Source: an uncultured candidatus Porisulfidus sp. (GTDB lineage Bacteria > Pseudomonadota > Gammaproteobacteria > Poriferisulfidales > Poriferisulfidaceae). From it: a stretch of DNA of 64,000 nt. Made by a program: the position numbers and the translations under genes. The stretch spans positions 288,001 through 352,000 of the forward strand of contig CBDASZ010000001.1 of the NCBI GenBank assembly GCA_965199755.1, given 5' to 3'. The notes under the pieces were generated by a model, which worked only from the letters and a program-made list of their open reading frames with translations, was not told the origin of the DNA and made no database searches. Of the stretch, positions 61,320 to 64,000 are shown in pieces. Every line of letters begins with the position of its first letter. The stretch's first letter is position 1.

Positions 61320-63116
61320 ATGGCCGGTCGAATCCCGAGGGAGTTCATCACTGAACTGTTGGCGCGTGTGGACCTCGCGCAGGTCATCGCGCCGCACGTG
61401 CAATTGAAGCAAAACGGTCGGGAGTATAAAGCCTGCTGTCCGTTTCATCAGGAGAAGACGCCGTCGTTCACGGTGGTGCCGGACAAGGGGTTCTATCATT
61501 GTTTCGGCTGTGGCGCGCATGGCACCGCGATCAGTTTCCTGATGGACTACACGCGCTGCTCCTTTGTCGATGCGGTCGAGGATCTGGCGCGGCTGGCCGG
61601 TATGCAGGTTCCGCGTGAGGCCGGTGCGCAGTTGCGACAGGAAAAGCGCGAGCCGTTGTACGAATGTCTGAATGCGGCCAATAGCTATTACAAGGCGATG
61701 CTGCGTGAGTCTGACGCGGCAAAGACTTATGCCAAGGAGCGAGGGTTGTCAGGCGAGATTTGCAAGGAATACCAGGTTGGGTTTGCGCCGGCAGGCTACG
61801 ACAGTCTGGAGAAGCATCTGGCTGGCAAGTTTGACCAAGACTTGCTGCTGAAAGCCGGCTTGCTGAAGAAAAGTGAAGACCGCGTGTACGGGCGCTTTCG
61901 TAACCGTCTGGTGTTCGCGATTCGCGATTCGCGCGGGAGGATTGCGGGCTTCGGCGGGCGTGTGATTGATGACGCGGACAAGCCCAAGTATCTGAACTCC
62001 CCGGAGACGCCGGTGTTTCACAAGGGACATATCTTGTACGGGCTTTACGAAATACAACAACGTCGCAGCAAGTTTGAGGAATTGGTGATTGTTGAGGGGT
62101 ATATGGATGTGATTGGTCTGGCGCAGGCCGGCGCAACCAACGCGGTCGCCACGTTAGGCACCGCGACTACCGAGGACCACCTGCGGCAGATGGGCCGGTT
62201 CTGTCGTAAGTTCGTGTTCTGCTTCGATGGCGATGCGGCGGGACAGACGGCCGGCTGGCGGGCGCTGGAGCATATCCTGCCAGTGCTGCGCGATGGCGAT
62301 GAGGTGCGCTTCGCGCACTTGCCGCAACAGGAAGATCCGGACAGTTATATCCGGGCGCATGGTTTGGAAGTGTGGCAAGAGTTCCTGGCGCAAAGCACGC
62401 CGCTGGAGGATTATTTTTTCGCGCATCTGTCAGAAGGACTGAATGTGGAAAGTGTCTCCGGCAGATCAAAACTGGTGGCCAAGGCGCGTCCGCTGCTGGC
62501 GTCAATGGCGGATTCGTCGTTTCGGGATCTGATGCTGAGTCTGTTGTCAGAAATAACCGGTCTGGGGATTGCGCAGTTGCGGGTGCCGTCCAAAGAGAGT
62601 GCGCCGGCACCTTCCGCGCCAAAGACTGCGCCGGCGCAGTCCGGGCGTCCGCCGCTGATGCGCAAGATGATCCGCATGCTATTGGAATACCCGGAACTGG
62701 CAGTCAAGGCTTCAAGTTCATTGCTGCAGCATTTGGAGGGTCTGGAGATGAAGGGGGCTGAAATATTCGCGGAGATGGTGGAAGTCGCGCGCAGTCATCC
62801 GGGCATCAATACGGGGGGACTGATTGAGGCGGTCGGGATGACCCAGGGCGAGGAGACGACCCGGCACTTGCATGCGCTGCTGCGCTGGCAGCCGACAGGC
62901 ATGAAAGAAGTTTCCGCAAAAGAACGGCAACAGCACTTCAGAAAAGGTCTGGCGCGTCTGCAGGATGAACGCCTGAAGGCGCAAATGTCCCGCCTGAACC
63001 AAATGCAGATGGAGGGTAAGCGGCTGAATACTCGGCAACAGAAGCAATATGAAGAATGTGTTGAGCAGCGACGACAACTGAGACGGGAACTGATTGGCGG
63101 CGGGACTCCGCGATGA
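61320..63116 (+). CDS. dnaG: DNA primase
   Basis: CPFH...CFGC zinc finger, KYLNSPET, VEGYMD and FDGD motifs. Confidence 0.96.
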   Translation: MAGRIPREFITELLARVDLAQVIAPHVQLKQNGREYKACCPFHQEKTPSFTVVPDKGFYHCFGCGAHGTAISFLMDYTRCSFVDAVEDLARLAGMQVPREAGAQLRQEKREPLYECLNAANSYYKAMLRESDAAKTYAKERGLSGEICKEYQVGFAPAGYDSLEKHLAGKFDQDLLLKAGLLKKSEDRVYGRFRNRLVFAIRDSRGRIAGFGGRVIDDADKPKYLNSPETPVFHKGHILYGLYEIQQRRSKFEELVIVEGYMDVIGLAQAGATNAVATLGTATTEDHLRQMGRFCRKFVFCFDGDAAGQTAGWRALEHILPVLRDGDEVRFAHLPQQEDPDSYIRAHGLEVWQEFLAQSTPLEDYFFAHLSEGLNVESVSGRSKLVAKARPLLASMADSSFRDLMLSLLSEITGLGIAQLRVPSKESAPAPSAPKTAPAQSGRPPLMRKMIRMLLEYPELAVKASSSLLQHLEGLEMKGAEIFAEMVEVARSHPGINTGGLIEAVGMTQGEETTRHLHALLRWQPTGMKEVSAKERQQHFRKGLARLQDERLKAQMSRLNQMQMEGKRLNTRQQKQYEECVEQRRQLRRELIGGGTPR

Positions 63117-63183
63117 AGAAGGCGGGGTGCGTTTCGGGTAGAGTAAGGGCGCGTGTTGTTGAGCCTGGAGGAGTACTGACGCG

Positions 63184-64000
63184 ATGAAATCGTTTGACGC
63201 CCCGGTGATCATGGGGATCCTCAATGTGACCCCGGACAGTTTCTCGGATGGCGGGGCCTATCCTTCGACGTCGCGTGCGGTCGCCCGCGCGGTGGAAATG
63301 GTGGAAGAGGGTGCGGCGATCATCGATGTTGGTGGTGAGTCCACCCGACCCGGCGCGGAACGCATTGATGCGACTGAGCAGAAGCGGCGTATTCTCGATG
63401 TGATTGAGGAGGTGCGCAAGGCGGTGGGGACAGAGATTCAGATCAGTGTGGATACGACGCTGAGCGAGGCGGCCAGCGCAGCACTGGATGCCGGTGCCGA
63501 CATGATCAACGATGTGTCCGCGGGGCGTGATGACCCAGAGATGTTCGCGCTGGTGGCCGAGCGTGGTGTTCCTTATTGTCTGATGCACATGCAAGGCACG
63601 CCGATGACCATGCAGGATGATCCGCAATACGAAGATGTCGTGATGGAAGTGCGAGAGTTTCTGCTGGAACGCGCCAAGGTGGCGCAAGATTCGGGCGTGG
63701 CGCGTGAGCAGATTGTGCTGGACCCTGGCATTGGGTTTGGCAAGCGCACCGAGCATAACTTGCAACTGATCGCGAATCTGCGCCAGTTGGTGGTAAGCGG
63801 CTATCCGATTCTATTGGGCACCTCGCGCAAGCGGTTTATTGGTGAGGTGGCGGGTTCTTCAGATCCGGCCTCACGGATGCCGGCGACGGTAGCGACTACA
63901 GGCTTGGGGGTGTCCGCAGGAGTGCGAATATTCCGCGTGCATGATGTCTGGCAGAACTATCAGGCGATGCAAGTCGCGCAGGCGCTGCTGGAGCGGGAAT
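63184..64000 (+). CDS. folP: Dihydropteroate synthase (runs to window edge)
   Basis: Manual translation MGILNVTPDSFSDGG, GGESTRPG, DPGIGFGK, SRK, RVHDV. Confidence 0.94.
   Translation, partial: MKSFDAPVIMGILNVTPDSFSDGGAYPSTSRAVARAVEMVEEGAAIIDVGGESTRPGAERIDATEQKRRILDVIEEVRKAVGTEIQISVDTTLSEAASAALDAGADMINDVSAGRDDPEMFALVAERGVPYCLMHMQGTPMTMQDDPQYEDVVMEVREFLLERAKVAQDSGVAREQIVLDPGIGFGKRTEHNLQLIANLRQLVVSGYPILLGTSRKRFIGEVAGSSDPASRMPATVATTGLGVSAGVRIFRVHDVWQNYQAMQVAQALLERE

Noticed and set aside
1-64000. CRISPR array, rRNA, transposase or prophage genes
   Set aside because: No regularly spaced repeats or recognisable motifs for these were seen.

Overview
Chromosomal window of a GC-rich sulfur-oxidising gammaproteobacterium. 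It contains a reverse-type dsr operon (dsrABEFHCMKLJO', minus strand, running off the left edge), polyphosphate genes, acs plus a beta-oxidation cluster, truA-trpFBA-accD-folC, a photolyase, an MtdA-like dehydrogenase, tkt-gap-pgk-pyk-fba, gltB, dnaG and a partial folP. Two loci stand out. (1) At 41.4-44.8 kb is a convergent inverted pair of porin cassettes with near-identical barrel segments, three hypervariable loops and duplicated terminators. Homology begins at the same base inside the signal peptide, neither copy has a normal start, and the frameshifts look like merged alleles. This is a candidate porin antigenic-variation or shuffling system. (2) At 9.2-11.8 kb is an AT-richer tandem pair of HsdR-N-type PD-(D/E)XK nucleases with near-identical catalytic cores and divergent C-terminal domains resembling the SeqA methyl-GATC-binding domain. 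Several orphan or decayed toxin-antitoxin modules and broken conserved gene orders are also present. All family calls come from motif recognition by eye; no searches were run.
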